A stretch of 64,000 nt of DNA from Tubulanus polymorphus (taxonomy: Eukaryota > Animalia > Nemertea), in assembly GCF_964204645.1 (NCBI RefSeq), contig NC_134029.1:18780950-18844949 (forward strand), in the 5' to 3' direction. Within the stretch, counting starts at the first letter, position 1. The number at the start of each line of letters is the position of its first letter. Positions 51,101 through 64,000 of the stretch are shown here, in pieces. The notes under the pieces are model-generated. The model searched no databases, had not been told where the DNA came from, and saw only the letters and a program-made list of their open reading frames with translations. The position numbers were made by a program, and so were the translations under genes.

Positions 51101-54100
51101 CGAACTTAGGTTAGCCATATTTACCCCGTCCTGCGGGGATTCAAACCTGATGGCAAATTGAGACTGACCAATAGTATATTATTGCACCTTAAAAGGGCAG
51201 GGGTTCGAATTTTGCCTCCTATGCCATAAAGCCTCAAATCCCTGCCAGGGAAAGAAATGTCATATTAATAGTGTGTTTAGTAAACCATGCAAATATAGAA
51301 ATTGATAATGATTTTACCGTACCGAGATTTCAATCTAAAACAAACAAACGGAAGTCATCTTATTTGTGGTTTGTTACACAGAATAATAGCATTTGATGTA
51401 TTCAAAGGTCGTGCTTTCTCGATTACCCGGTTACTTGTACATTTACTTGTAGATTCATATGCATATTTTTATATCTTAAAATTTGGCGAGTGTTTCGAAG
51501 AACTTACTTTCCAACTCTGTCTGATATTCCAACATTTAACATCTCACGACATTGTATAGTGTCTTTAGCGGTACTCGACTGAAAAATATGAAATCATAGA
51601 AAGAAAAATTAACGCTCCTTTGAATGAGAAATGTTGCACCCAAATATTGATAACGTATCATCTTATTTTGGAAAACAAATGAACATACTCCAAACCCACC
51701 TTGTCATCTAGATAGTAAGAAAGCGAGCCCCGTTCCAATATACACCATCGACGATGGAAATCTGAAACAGTGCATAGTCAGATTATCTGAATCCATTATT
51801 TGGAAAATAGTTAACATGCACTCCGGAGAGGGATCAGGCAAGAAGTAAAATGGGAACACGGCAGAAAATGCGTGAGGGTTCCCTTACCTTTCATGTTGCT
51901 GCCCGTCTTGTGAAGAAATCCTTTGTGAGAAACTGTCCTACGCGAGTAATCGTCCAACTCCTAGAAATACATACCGCATACATTCAACTCAGCCAGTTAC
52001 CATGTTGAAAGAAAGAAATTGAATTGTCGTCCGGGATAAAATTCCATCGAAAGTAGAAGTAGAAAAGAAGATGAATCCGACGCCAGACGCTAGATGAACT
52101 TACTTCGAGTTGGCCTCCGTTTTCTAGAACCTCAGCACCATTATGACCTAAATAATCCATTTGAAAACGCTTGCCAGAGGCTTCCGCAAGCTGATATGCT
52201 ACGATGAAAAATATTGAGATTAACTCATCAATTGACATTACAAATTACGTAATCCACAAGTGCTGGACGATGAAATTTAACTTAATGAAGTGTATTACTA
52301 TTACCTGTCATTGGCAATTCGCTGTATTTCTCTGTTGTGTACGTCATCTGCAATGAGACGAAATAACACCATATAAGGAAATAAATATTTCAATCCACCT
52401 CCGGTCCGGTAATTGCAGGCGACGTGACCTACCTCTGCACCAGAATATAGCAGTATCATCGTTTCAACTATGTCGTCAGTTTGAACTGAATGACACAATG
52501 CCTGTAACGAAAAAGTTTTGCCAAAACTTAGATACCTTAGTTTACATCCCGTATTTGCATCTTCTATGGACCAGTAAAACCTGTTAGACCTAGGTGAAAT
52601 AGGACTTTTGACCGAATAACTCATCTCCACATACATGTAGAACACGTTCATGTACACAGAATAGGCATACATCGCCGATATCGAGTTCTAATATATATCA
52701 TAATAATAATAATAATAAATTGTCATTTATATAGCGCAAGGCTCCTTAAGAATATAAGTTCAAATGCGCTCCTCTAGAAAATATAAGTAGCTGGCACGGA
52801 ATAGAACGGTTTTGAGTGTTCGCTTGAATGATTCACAAGACAAAGACATGGGGTCAGGTATGTCCGCAAGAAGGTTATTCCACAGTCTGGGAGCATATGT
52901 GGAGAATGTTCTGCCACCATATGAAGACAAGCGGAAAATAGGAACAACCAGTCTCTCCTACTTCGAGTTGGCCTCCGTTTTCTAAAACATATATATATTC
53001 TCATAAACCGTGCTCTCAACTTCATATTACAATGTAATATACATTGTACTATCATACGGGAAAACAAGCAACTGACTACTTACTTCATCCAAGACATGTT
53101 GATTTCCATAGTGATGATGAAATCTGCAGAATTTCTTATTCACATACTTATCTTCTATGTGCTGTTGGCGAGACAAACTGCAAAATACGTACGGTAAATC
53201 AGCAAAATACTTCAATGTTATTTCCATCCACCTTTCAATCGATTCCAGTTGTTTATACATTCTTTTAATTCACATCTGCTTTTCTGTTCAGCGTATGGGC
53301 AGCAGATGCAGTTTTCACTAACCAATAAGGTTGCACACTTTTAATATGTAATGGGCACTATACAAATCTACAGATAATCATTATCATTTTCAATATAGCA
53401 AATCGAGTTATAACCCAGGTTTGAGTTCAAACTTGCTTTACAGAACCAGTCCTAGAAATCTATCTATCCTGTACGAACCACAGCGGATCGTGGCATTTTT
53501 GCGAATGCTTAACATCGAATCAGTATCAGAAACTACCTACTACCATTGTCTACTTTGAAGGATCTGTTTTTTTTTTGCTTTTTCTATGAAATAAGCTCAT
53601 AACTCACCTGTCCGAGTCGGGATAGATACGATCAAATTCGCTGAGATTTCCCGCCCAAAAACTGTTGGCATTCGCATTTCCGATTTGAAGAAATAACTGC
53701 AATATAAATGGATTAGTAAAAAATCAAACGCATTACACGGTACGTTGCTGTTTAACTCTATAGTTTTGTCGTCAAATCAAACAATATTTGCCAAATACCT
53801 TTATGTTAGTCGGTGTCCAAATCTTAATATCGAGAGTTGCTGAACGTACTTTCGGAGCGAGAACATGCTTATGAATTGTATTTCCAGGCAGATTTCGATG
53901 AATACCTGGAAAGATGAGCAAGGTTTGCGATGGGTACTTAAATATAGAAAAGCCTTTCGGGAGGTCAGCTGTTTGCGATAAATACTACGAGAATTAATCA
54001 GCTATAAAAATCATCTAGATGAAGTTTTAGAACAAAGGCTTACCTGCACATCTTTTACAAATGACAATTCCGAAGTTAAAAGAAACCCAGGTTGGATCTG

Positions 54101-57100
54101 AAAATAAAGAAGGCATCAATTGGGACAACTATGAAAATGCATTGTGCAAATTGATAGGAAATATAAAACTGTTTCTAATGCACAATCTTTTTTAGCAAAC
54201 CAGATCAATGAAAAGGAAACTTGCTATGGTAAGTATTTTACAACAAAAACCAATTAACCTGAGGCTAAGCTGACAGAAATGAAATAACCAGTGCCATCAA
54301 CTAAACAAAACCAGGTACAACACCACTGACCACATTACAACAACAAATGATAAATGAAAATGGGGAAAAATTTTGGGTTTTGATAAAAACACAAAAAAAA
54401 TTGTTATGGACACGGGGAAGACACTTTACGATATTGTATACACCGTACTTGAATACTTTGAAACAACGAAATGTGGAGAAACTTAGAAAGTCAAATGTTT
54501 TGCCTAATAATAAAAGGTGTAAAAAGACGGAACTATATTGTATAAAGTTACCTCATCAACGTCAGGAAAACCTGATGTAATAAGACAATGAAAGACTAAT
54601 TATTCAATCAAAAATACAGCAAGGAATTTTGCTTTGTTGCAAATGAATTGATAAACTTACTATCAGCTCCGCAGTCAGCGCATGTTTTGTTGTCCTCATT
54701 CTCGTAGAGTTGTTTCACATACTTTTTCGAAAAAGAAATTGAAAAAAAAACTTCCGATTAAAATCGATTGAATATTACGTGACCAACACTCAGTTTGGAG
54801 ATAAAATGAGTAAACATGTAACTGAACTATAGTGAGTATAGGAAAAAAGTTATTTGACTGGACTATACAAAAAGCAATTTGACTCGACTACAATTTAACA
54901 ACCGAATTTCCTGGACTACTTTACAAAAACCAATTTTACTGCACTACTCAACAAAAATCAATTTTACTGGACTACTATCAAGTGACGTACCCTACATACA
55001 ATGTATATGGAAAGTAAATCACTCACGTAAATAAATATCAAATAGAATATACAACAGATATATGTAATAACTGATTTGTTCATTGAATATATAACTATCA
55101 AACAACAGTTGTGTGTAAGCAAACATTTGTAATGAATTAACGAGCAGTGATAGATAATACACTTAACTAGGAAAACAAAACACAAACTATGAATATGACA
55201 AATGACAAATACCTACGTATGAAGTTTTATGTATCACAACCAGGAAACTTTAACCAGGATTTTCTAAGCAGCATTAGATGCGACTGATCATATTTATGCA
55301 ATATATTCATCATCGGATGTGAAAAATGGAAGATTTATTGCGGAGGTGGGCGGGAATTACCTCGCGTCACAGATATCTCATACGTGTAAATAATAAACAC
55401 AGGCATTAGGTGAAAGTGGTTCTCAGGCTCGATCACCGAAATACCCATGCTTTAGTGATCTTTGCATTTTGGATATGTCGTATCTAGGGCCAATAGCTTA
55501 ATCTTGTCAAGACAATTTTTCATGAGGAAAAATGTCCAGTGCCTAAATATTTCTACCGCTAGGTGGCGCGATTTTTGCCATTCTTAGCGCTGCACAACTA
55601 GACCCCCGTATTAACATTGCACCCATTTTAATCAAGGTCAACCCACTATTAACCCAATAGACCGAACATCTGTTCGACTTGTATCTTGTATCTCTGCAGA
55701 ACGTCTGCTGTACTATAGCGCCACCTATAGTTTGAGAGGGTCAAGGTCAAACTTTTAACCTTTCATTGACCAAATCTATACAGCGATAGAAAGCCTGTAT
55801 AATTATCTTCAAAACAACCAATGGTTGTGATGCATCATTTTCAGTAGTCTTCACACTGCATCTCTACCTTATCTTTATATGCAAATTCATATAATCAAGC
55901 GTTTGTTATTCAGGAACATCTATATGAAGTCACAGCGTCTAATGGGTTAATGAAGCTAAGTAGCTGTAAGACAGACACACAGATAGACAGTACAAGAATA
56001 AGGGTCTCGTAACGAGGCGCGAGAACCAATAGTTACCGTATCGTCAGATATGCTTTCAGCGATCGCTTCTTCCATCGCCTTTTTCCATTGACTCATTTCG
56101 TTATTACTATCGCAGCACAATCTGTTAATTGAAAATCGCGAAAATAAACGATCGTCACAAATTTAAAGTTCGTTTAAACTACTTAGCAGCTAGGCTGTGT
56201 TCGTTAAAATGGTGAGGACACACGATGTAGTACTGTATTTATTTGAATTAAAATCAAAATGTAAATTAAAAAATGAGACAAATGTAAATTCCAGTCGAAA
56301 CACAATTATCTCAAAAGGATGACTTTTTATACATTGCGTGTCCATTAGTATTTTCAGAGTGGTTATAAACGCCGCTTAACCCTTCCAGTGCTGACTTATT
56401 AATTGATTGATTGATTTGAACACTTTATTTTTCAAATATAATTTACAGCATAGTGTACAAAGCATAATACAAAATACAGTAAATTAGACCTGGAGGGGCC
56501 TGTAGAAACTAAGGAATAGTTTGTATAAAACAGGTCCCTCAAAAGAGAAAAGAAAAAAAGAGAAATGCAATAAAGATAATAATATGCTCACAGTCAACCC
56601 TTAACACACAAAATGCAATCAAAGTAAACTATGATGACAGCTTGATTAAGATATAATCATTTAATAAGCCAGTTATTTTCTGAAATATTCCAAAAACAAT
56701 AATTTTAGTTCGAATAACTGTATGATAAAATCAAGCACAAAGTTGCTTTCTATAATTTCTTAGGAACAGTTTAGAATTTTCCATGTTTTTTAGATTTTCA
56801 CTGATGTTATTCCAAAGTAAAGGGCCGGATACTTTTACTGAAAATTTTCTTCTTAGACTATTGAAAGAAAGTGTTTGTAAATCTTGACGTCGCCGAGTAT
56901 TGTGACTGTGGATTTGAAAATTTTGGTTCCAATAATTTTCGAATGATTAATACCCTATAGTGCTGGAGATAATTTGAAAATTCTAAAAAATTCCACCCTA
57001 GTGTGTTGAACAACGGGAATACCACTATAGTGCGTCTACACTGCGGTACGGTGTATCGTTAGTTACTAGTATTTCACTATGTTTGACACATGCTGCAATT

Positions 57101-60100
57101 TTCCCAGAGAGATAATTACTAATTGCTAATTACATCAATACACCGCATTGCGGTGTACTCGCAAAATCTATCACTGATTTATACACCGCACTGTGGTGTA
57201 GACGCACTGAAAGGGTTAAAACGTTATTCGACCTCGAATGGATACGTACATGAAATTTTTGTAACTGGTCATCAGTTGAATTTTGTTTTTGCCGAGATCT
57301 TTCACCGCGCAAAGCTGCATATCTATCTGATGTATGGGGGAGCCAACTTTATAGTCCTACAAGAAAAGTATTTTTTCTAAGACATCTATACAGCATACTG
57401 GGTACCGAAAATTCTAAAAACTATTTTCAAGTTACTCATAGGTAATATTTCAGAAACTTACATCATAATTCTTGTAATAACACAGTTTATCTCCTTTGAT
57501 TGCTATAAACATTTTTCCAGGCAATCCTTGAATCTTCAGGAAACCCTAAAAATTTACAAATATTTGACAAAATTGATTTACTGAATTGATTGGGGTAATA
57601 ATATCGATTTAATGGAAAGCGCCGTTGAACATTGTATTCCAGAGAAAGAAAGTGGTGCCTTAGGAATTGAATTACTCTTACTATTATTGGACACAAAAAT
57701 CTTGACTCACCAGCACAAATTCTTAATCATCATATCGCTTTACTCACCTGTTTATCCGGATCATGCATTGTTAGACCATCGCCTAAGTTTATAATCGAAC
57801 CCTGAAATCAAAAGTCTTGCACGATCAAATGAATTCATTTCAAAAAACAAAAACTACCGTAACCCTTTCTACGGAAGCGTCCTGGGGACATATCCATTGA
57901 AAAAAATTTCTAGTTTTCTCAGTTATATTTGATTTTGGAGGTTAACTAGTTTTCTTAGTAAAATTTGAGTTTGGAATTAAGTTTATTTCGAGTAACAAAC
58001 TCGGAATAAATCTCAAAAAATCAAATTTAACTGAGAAAGCTAGTTTATTCTGAGTTACAAACTCGGAATAAACCTCGAAAATTTTTTGAAATGTCCCCAG
58101 GACGCTTCCCGCCTTTCCGATGAAATTCAATTATCTCTTATACTTGAACGGCTGTTGAAGTGATTAAAACTAAAAATGTTAGAAGAAATTATGTTTTCCA
58201 GAATGAGAAAATTGACCCTTACTCGACACGAAATGATCGACTGCATCAGTGTGCTCGTCCATAGGCTGAGGTCATCTAGAAAACAGCATACAAATAACAT
58301 GATTTTCTTTTTTTCATTAGCTACAAATTATGTCGAAATTGTGGAGTACTGTAATAGGTATAACAGATATTACTGTACTCATGCGGTTATCAATACATCA
58401 TTCTAGGAAATCATTGAATAGGCCAGTGCAAAATATTCTTGGATACCGCTAAAAAGCAATATTATCGTAGCAATTTGCACATAGAACCCCCTTTGTCAAT
58501 CTCCAACTCTTATTCCTACATCCACCTCTTTTTTGATCCATCTATTTCTAAGTTATGAGACTGGGGGTGACTGATCTTAATCGCCTCATGAAAAGAGATT
58601 ATAATATGCCAGTTGTTTCAATTCCCTTTTCCCAATGTAGCAAGCAGTAAGCACTGAGCTTCATGTGAATTTATAGGGAAATGGCATACATCGCATATCA
58701 GTATGCTATTTTTGAAAAGCTTATACACGAACAGCAAGCCAAAACATTCTATTCACCCATGGACTCGAAAACGTTTTTTAGTGTCCATAACCGTGATCAC
58801 GCGGTGCCAAATTGGCACGGATCATGCCCGAGTCAAATTTGGCCCGCGCCTAAGAGAGCGCATTCACACGTAAACCACTCACTCGATACTAAACATTGCT
58901 AAAACAAAGCGAAGCGGGTCATTTCCGGTACCAGTTGAAATTCTTGTTTCACGCTAAAATTTGGCTCGGGACTGGTCCAACGTTTTTAGTCATGCCAAAC
59001 AGACTCGGACCCATTTTGCATGCGTGTGAATGGTTGTTCTGGACCAAATTTGGCCCGAGCCAAAAATGCTCGTGTGATCGCGGCTCATGATTCACCTGAA
59101 TGCTCGTCCCTCTCAGCAAATAATAGGAATACAATAGCTTACCCACTGTGTCAGCGGCAAACACGTATACACGACCATCAACTGTAATCACCTTGAAGCG
59201 ATATTGCTTAGAATCACCGAGCTGAAGATTTAAAACAAAAGACTACCAGCAAGGGCATGCATGTACACCTCTGAGATTTCGTATATTCAGCAACATTGAA
59301 CATTTTCGCTGAATCAAACCCATCGAACAATGTTTTATCATTCTCACGCGAAACAACCGATTACCTTTATGTCATTCTCGACATTCTTCACTGTAGCCAC
59401 TGGAATTATTCTTTTCGAGACCATGCTCTGTCGTGGAAAATAAATTAATGTCAAGGTGCTTCGTTATAATTCATTTCGCCTTGTATAGAAATAACTTCAG
59501 TCGTACATTTGCCATTTTTGCATTTTGATTTACACGATTTAGTTAACCCTTTCAGTGCGTATACACCACAGTGCGGTGTATGAATCGGTGATGGATTATG
59601 CTAGGACACCGCACTGCGGTGTATTGGTGTAATTAGTAATTAGTTTTTATCTCTATTGAAAGATGGCAGCACCTGTCAAACATAGTGAAATATTTGTTAC
59701 TTACGATACACCGCGCCGCGGAGTAGACACACTATAGTGGTAATCCCGTTATTCAACACACTAGGGCAGAATTTTTTCAAAATTTTCAAATTATCTCCAG
59801 CACTATAGGGTATTGATTAGTCAGCACTGAAAGGGTTAAGCTGGTGCAAACTTATGTAGAATTTAATGTTTCAAAGATGTCACGGAATTTCTATTGCCAA
59901 GTTCCTGGTAGAATAGTGTTAATCAATTTAACGAACCATCGAAATCGAATCACGAAAATGCCTCGCGTAAAAGAATTCATCAATACAAAAATAACGATAA
60001 CTTATCATCTTCTTATCTTACCTTCTTATCCTCGTAATAACGGATATCATCTCCGTTGAATACGACCCAACGTTTCAACCAGGTCCAAGGGCTGGCGTTG

Positions 60101-62986
60101 GCGTCGTTTTTATATAGATAGCCACATCGTTCGTGATTGCGTACCTACACGAAACATACGACATATCGTTTAATAACAATAATAATTAATTAATCAATTG
60201 TCAATTTAATTAATAACCATCAATTGGCAATGGCGAGAGAAAATGTTTGTCACGTTAAGCTTTTTTTAAGTCACGGCACCTATGGTAGTCAAATTTGGTA
60301 TAAAAGAACAGGAATATGCATAGAATGTCCTGTGGGACATATTTTAATTGCCAACAAAAACCCCAAGAAATAGCGTTTTGTACCTCAGAATCACTGCACG
60401 TATAATGTATCAATGAAGAACAGGACTATCACAGGCATTTACTCATATAACAGTTTAATCTGTGTCATTTTGTTAACTTTATTTTTCAATAAATCACCAG
60501 TTAGCAGAATGACAAAATCTAGGCTAATCTTCATTGATTCACTGTGTCATATTATCGGGGTGTCATGTAAGATTTCTACCCATCATGCAGGTGAACATTT
60601 TCAAGTGATAATAATATTCATCAGTGATATATATTCATATCATGAAAAAGTCTGAAAGCTCTTTGCAAAAAAAACATTTACAGACCAATCGTAAAAAACA
60701 GTGTATGGAAAATAATGCAAAATGAATGATATAAGTGTTTTAATAGTATTCTGAAAATAAGAATCTTTACCACAAAATTACCATATATATTGCATTTTGA
60801 ATCGGTTGAAAATCACAATATCCGTGATAAGACGATGAGCAACAATTTGCACACAATATGAATAACTCTAAAAATTTAATTCAAAAATTAGAAATATTTT
60901 GAGTGGTTGCAAACAGCCTTCTTCATCCTCTCATTCTAGACTGAAGAAGGGCGGTAGCAACCACCCGATATATTACTAATTTTCATATAAACCTTTTACA
61001 TCCATTCATATATTGTGGGATCTTTACTCATATTGCATGTTATTAAATCAAATGAATAAGATTTTCTCAAGGTTCTTAAGCCAGGTTACAAAGATTTTAG
61101 TTTAGAAATAACGATTTTAAAATAGGAATTACGACTCAATTGACTCGTAAGTTGGGCCACGTCTTTTAAGTCTGTGAATCTGGTCCGAGAAGATTTGGTC
61201 TTATTGATTTCATATGTTTATAATGCTTCTAACCCCTCAGACTTGTCCACCTTAAATTCCGGGAAATTCTGTGGTCCCATGGTACGAGTTGTGTGAATGA
61301 AATACGATGAGAATTCAGAAAAAAAGGAATATCTATGCATGGAATTAATCACTAATTTTTTTCTGGTGCAAGTTCATCGTGGCAGGGAAGGTGAGCAGCC
61401 TATGGATTTTTGACGACATTGTCAGGAAGTTTGAGGAGATACCCAACCTAACCCCGAAGCTCTCATTTCAACAGGGTGACCACAATCCATCCACTTCCAA
61501 ATTCCCTGTGACAATTTTCAGGGTCGCAATGAGGAAAATTGCAGAAATTAGAAAATTTGTAGAGGGACAGTAGAAAGTTGTTTCTGGGACAGCGATAGTT
61601 TTTCAAAAGATTAAAAAAAACCACCCTATGGGACAATGAGGCATTTTCAGGGAGTGAGCTGCCGACTGTCCCTGACAATCAGGGACAGTGTTGGCAGCTC
61701 TGGCTAGCCCAGTAAATGTTTTGACATGAAACAAAGACCTTAGAGTCGTAATTTTCTGAGACGGAGAACAAAGTTCAGAAGCGATTCACATTTCATGGGG
61801 AAAACGCGTGCGCAACATAAACACAATTTCGATGCGTTTTCCAGGTATTACCGAATTCAATATCGATATATATCTCGAATTCTGAGGGAAATGGGTTCTT
61901 TGTGTTTTTCCCCGTTTTCCAGAATCGTGGTCACCCCGTTCAAGCGCTAACTAAATGATTTTTCTACGTTTGTGTTCTATGTTGGAGGCGGGGGAAGGTA
62001 GCGATTTGAAGCTCAAATAATCATATATTTCCAGTATTCCGATGCAGGTTCTAACAAAATCATTGCAAGCCAAGCGAATATTGACCGTAAGAAAATGAAA
62101 GCGACTTACATTGGCCGACTATAAAAGATAAAATCATTCATGGTAAACAAATAAAAAACCGATAAACAAACACATTGTTAACATTAGAAAAGCAGCAGTA
62201 ATGCGATTCACACTAAAAATGAAAGAGCAATTTCCTCACTAATCATGTACATATGTTCAGAGGAAATATGTAACTCATTGAGTATGGTGCTTTTCCGTTA
62301 TTGTAAATAAACAGTTTATTCTAGATTTTAAAAAGAACTAAGGCTAAAAAAGGCTGATACCATGTTTCTCCTAATCATCTGGGTCGTTTCGTAAAGTGCA
62401 ATACAATTTGTAATCCAGTTCATTTCTAAGTAACGCACGGGTAGGTAGGCGGACCAGCAGAAATGAGAAACAAGGTGTTAACTTTTCTAGCCTAATATGT
62501 ATTAGTCATTTTAGCTAAAAGCGGCAATATCTGTATGAAAAAAAAATTGGCAATCCACGAATAGAATAAGCTTCCCCCTGTAACAGTATCCGCGTGGAAA
62601 TTCCGCATAAAATCTTTATGCGCTCATCAGTTTAATTCCGCTATAACATCATCGGTCGACAAAGCGAAAGTTGAGGAGCAAACCATATCCTTTTTAACAG
62701 ATCATGATATATTGATACAGACAGTTTACAGCCGTTCGGACGGATGTTTCGCATTCACAACGAAGATCAAAAGATATTTTTTCCTCAGGGGATGAAATCG
62801 AATAATTCAGCAAAATCTAGAGTAGGTGACCCGTGGACCCGCCACACGTGATTAGCAGCCGGCTACTTACTGTCGGTGTTTTGGGAATGATCGGAATTCG
62901 TTTTTGGTGATCGACGGACGCCGCGTCGTCGTCGCCATCTAGCGGGTTACCTCCGTCGCTTAAACTCTCGCAGCTATCCAATACAC
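42178..62986 (-). CDS. ARAP: ARAP-family protein (ArfGAP with RhoGAP, ankyrin and PH domains), 5' part outside the window
   Basis: About 35 small GT/AG exons. PH1 (CGYLYK..WLKRWVVF ~60021-60144; GRVYVFAADT ~59150), PH2 (GFLKIQG ~57545; W in EMSQWKKAM ~56090), ArfGAP zinc finger CADC ~54680 / CKRCAG-IHRNL ~54045-53900, ankyrin-like region ~52100-52500, PH3/PH4 ~51960-48030, RhoGAP (IPVIIDKCIEFV..EEGIYRRSG ~47800-47900; NRMSATNLASLFGP ~46000), RA ~45440-45620, PH5 ~45220-43740. The last exon 42316-42178 is tentative. Confidence 0.88.
43176..43465. mobile_element. piggyBac-type MITE copy
   Basis: TTAA on both sides; homologous along its length to 59547-59835 in reverse orientation. Confidence 0.75.
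44712..44898. mobile_element. Palindromic MITE-like element
   Basis: aagacagatagtactttgatggttacctagattt ... aaatctagttaaccatcaaagtacta..tatctgtctt. Confidence 0.6.
46104..46561. mobile_element. MITE with GCCTAGCGTACATCGA TIRs and gcaact sub-repeats
   Basis: Perfect 16-bp TIRs. Confidence 0.7.
54842..54980. repeat. Degenerate minisatellite (~25-30 bp; aaaa.caattttactggactac)
   Basis: About five imperfect units. Confidence 0.65.
55653..55946. mobile_element. Second piggyBac-type MITE family (TTAA-CCCA.TAGAC...GTCTAATGGG-TTAA)
   Basis: TTAA flanks and CCC/GGG termini. Appears nested in a HINE-like element ending at ~56030. A similar right end (ctaatgggttaa) is at ~267-278. Confidence 0.6.
56380..57215. 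mobile_element. piggyBac-type MITE interrupted by a LINE fragment
   Basis: TTAA at 56376-79 and 57216-19. Removing ~56401-56942 restores a copy matching 43176-43465 and 59547-59835. Confidence 0.8.
56401..56942 (-). mobile_element. 5'-truncated CR1/L2/Crack-group LINE 3' end
   Basis: The minus strand encodes an ORF2 C-terminus-like peptide (NFQIHSHNTRRRQDL..RRKFSV[frameshift]GPLLWNNISENLK..KLFLRNYRKQL*), then AATAAA and an (AATC)n tail. Confidence 0.7.
58790..59085. mobile_element. PIF/Harbinger-type MITE copy
   Basis: Collinear with 33127-33462; ends cgtgtgatcgcggct. Confidence 0.75.
59547..59835. mobile_element. piggyBac-type MITE, intact copy
   Basis: TTAA-CCCTTTCAGTGC ... GCACTGAAAGGG-TTAA; perfect 12-bp TIR. 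Confidence 0.85.
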
Positions 62987-63069
62987 CTAGAAAATATACG
63001 ATAATAACAAATATCTTTAGCTGATCGAAGAGATCGAGTAGGCTGGTACAATGATATTAGTTCTATGGC

Positions 63070-63292
63070 GCAATACACTTATCCTCATTGCCTCACTCCA
63101 CCAGTAAATGGGTACCTGTCCTGATAGAAGACTCCCGAGCGCCTAGTTGCTCGCCAGGGAGAAATGACTGATACATGGAATAGAGTTATAGGCTGGGGTG
63201 ATAATACCAATTTGGAGCGCATTTGAACTAGACTCTGTTTAGGATACCTGCGCTTTATAAATAACATTATCATTATTATTACTATTACTAAT
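63070..63292 (+). mobile_element. SINE remnant with (ATT)n tail
   Basis: SINE-like core cattgcctcactccaccagtaaatgggtacc and a 3' end gagcgcatttgaac..gcgctttataaat..(att)n. The same 3' end occurs inverted at ~52700-52772. Confidence 0.5.
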
Positions 63293-64000
63293 ATTGTTTA
63301 TAAATCCTAGCTTGAATGATGAAAAAATTGAAAATCGCGAGGTTCTTTTTTGATCACAGAGCGCAGAATTCGAACTTTCCAAGAATAATTTGTTTGGACG
63401 TATGTGTATTGCCCCATCCACAGTTCCCTCTTTCATCAAAAAGTGATTCCATCTCACTAAGGGTATTTTTTTAAAATTTCTATTTCCTCCTCCGAAATGA
63501 AATTTTAATAGGTCTACCCCGTAAACCGAGCTATCAAAAAGAGGCCTAAAGACTGAAAACCATGAGTATCTCGTATTAGTAAAAAAACAACTACGTACAC
63601 GCAATGCAATGTAAACTGCTGAAAAATGGGAACAAAAACATTGAAGCGTTAACGAGAATCCTACGATAATATAAATTGACAGAGAATCATCATTGGCAAT
63701 GACTCAGCAAAAACATGATGCACAGGCCTAAAGTATCCGTATATACCTGCAACTCAGTTTCCATAACTAGTACGTCTACATTTTCAATTTGATACGGGGG
63801 GGGGGGGGGGGGGCAAGAAATAACAATCGATGAAATACTACATCCGTGTTGTGATGATAACATATACAGGCCTATGGTGGAACCTCGTTAATACAAATCT
63901 TGTGTGGGCAAAAGTGAAATCATCGTATTCGAAGGGTTTCATATTCTATCCAAATCTTGATTCATACAAATATGTTAGCCGGGGCATGCTCGAAAAAATT

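Overview
Intron-rich, AT-rich animal (probably invertebrate) genomic DNA, not prokaryotic. Genes rebuilt by hand from GT/AG junctions, left to right: a probable long 3' UTR of an upstream + strand gene (~350-4803); an intronless 1203-aa UPF2 ORF (-); a 4-coding-exon SAP30/SAP30L gene (-); two tandem HMGB/DSP1-type genes (+); an F-box/WD40-like gene (-); RPL21 (+) with a 5'TOP and candidate intronic H/ACA RNAs; and the 3' ~21 kb of an ARAP-family gene (-) with candidate microexons. Many MITEs, SINE/LINE remnants and nested insertions fill the introns. The most striking observation is that the SAP30L stop codon lies only 56 nt upstream of the UPF2 ATG, on the same strand and apparently in the same terminal exon. 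This suggests a SAP30L-UPF2 bicistronic mRNA that could itself be an NMD substrate. All calls come from reading the sequence; no searches or folding programs were run.
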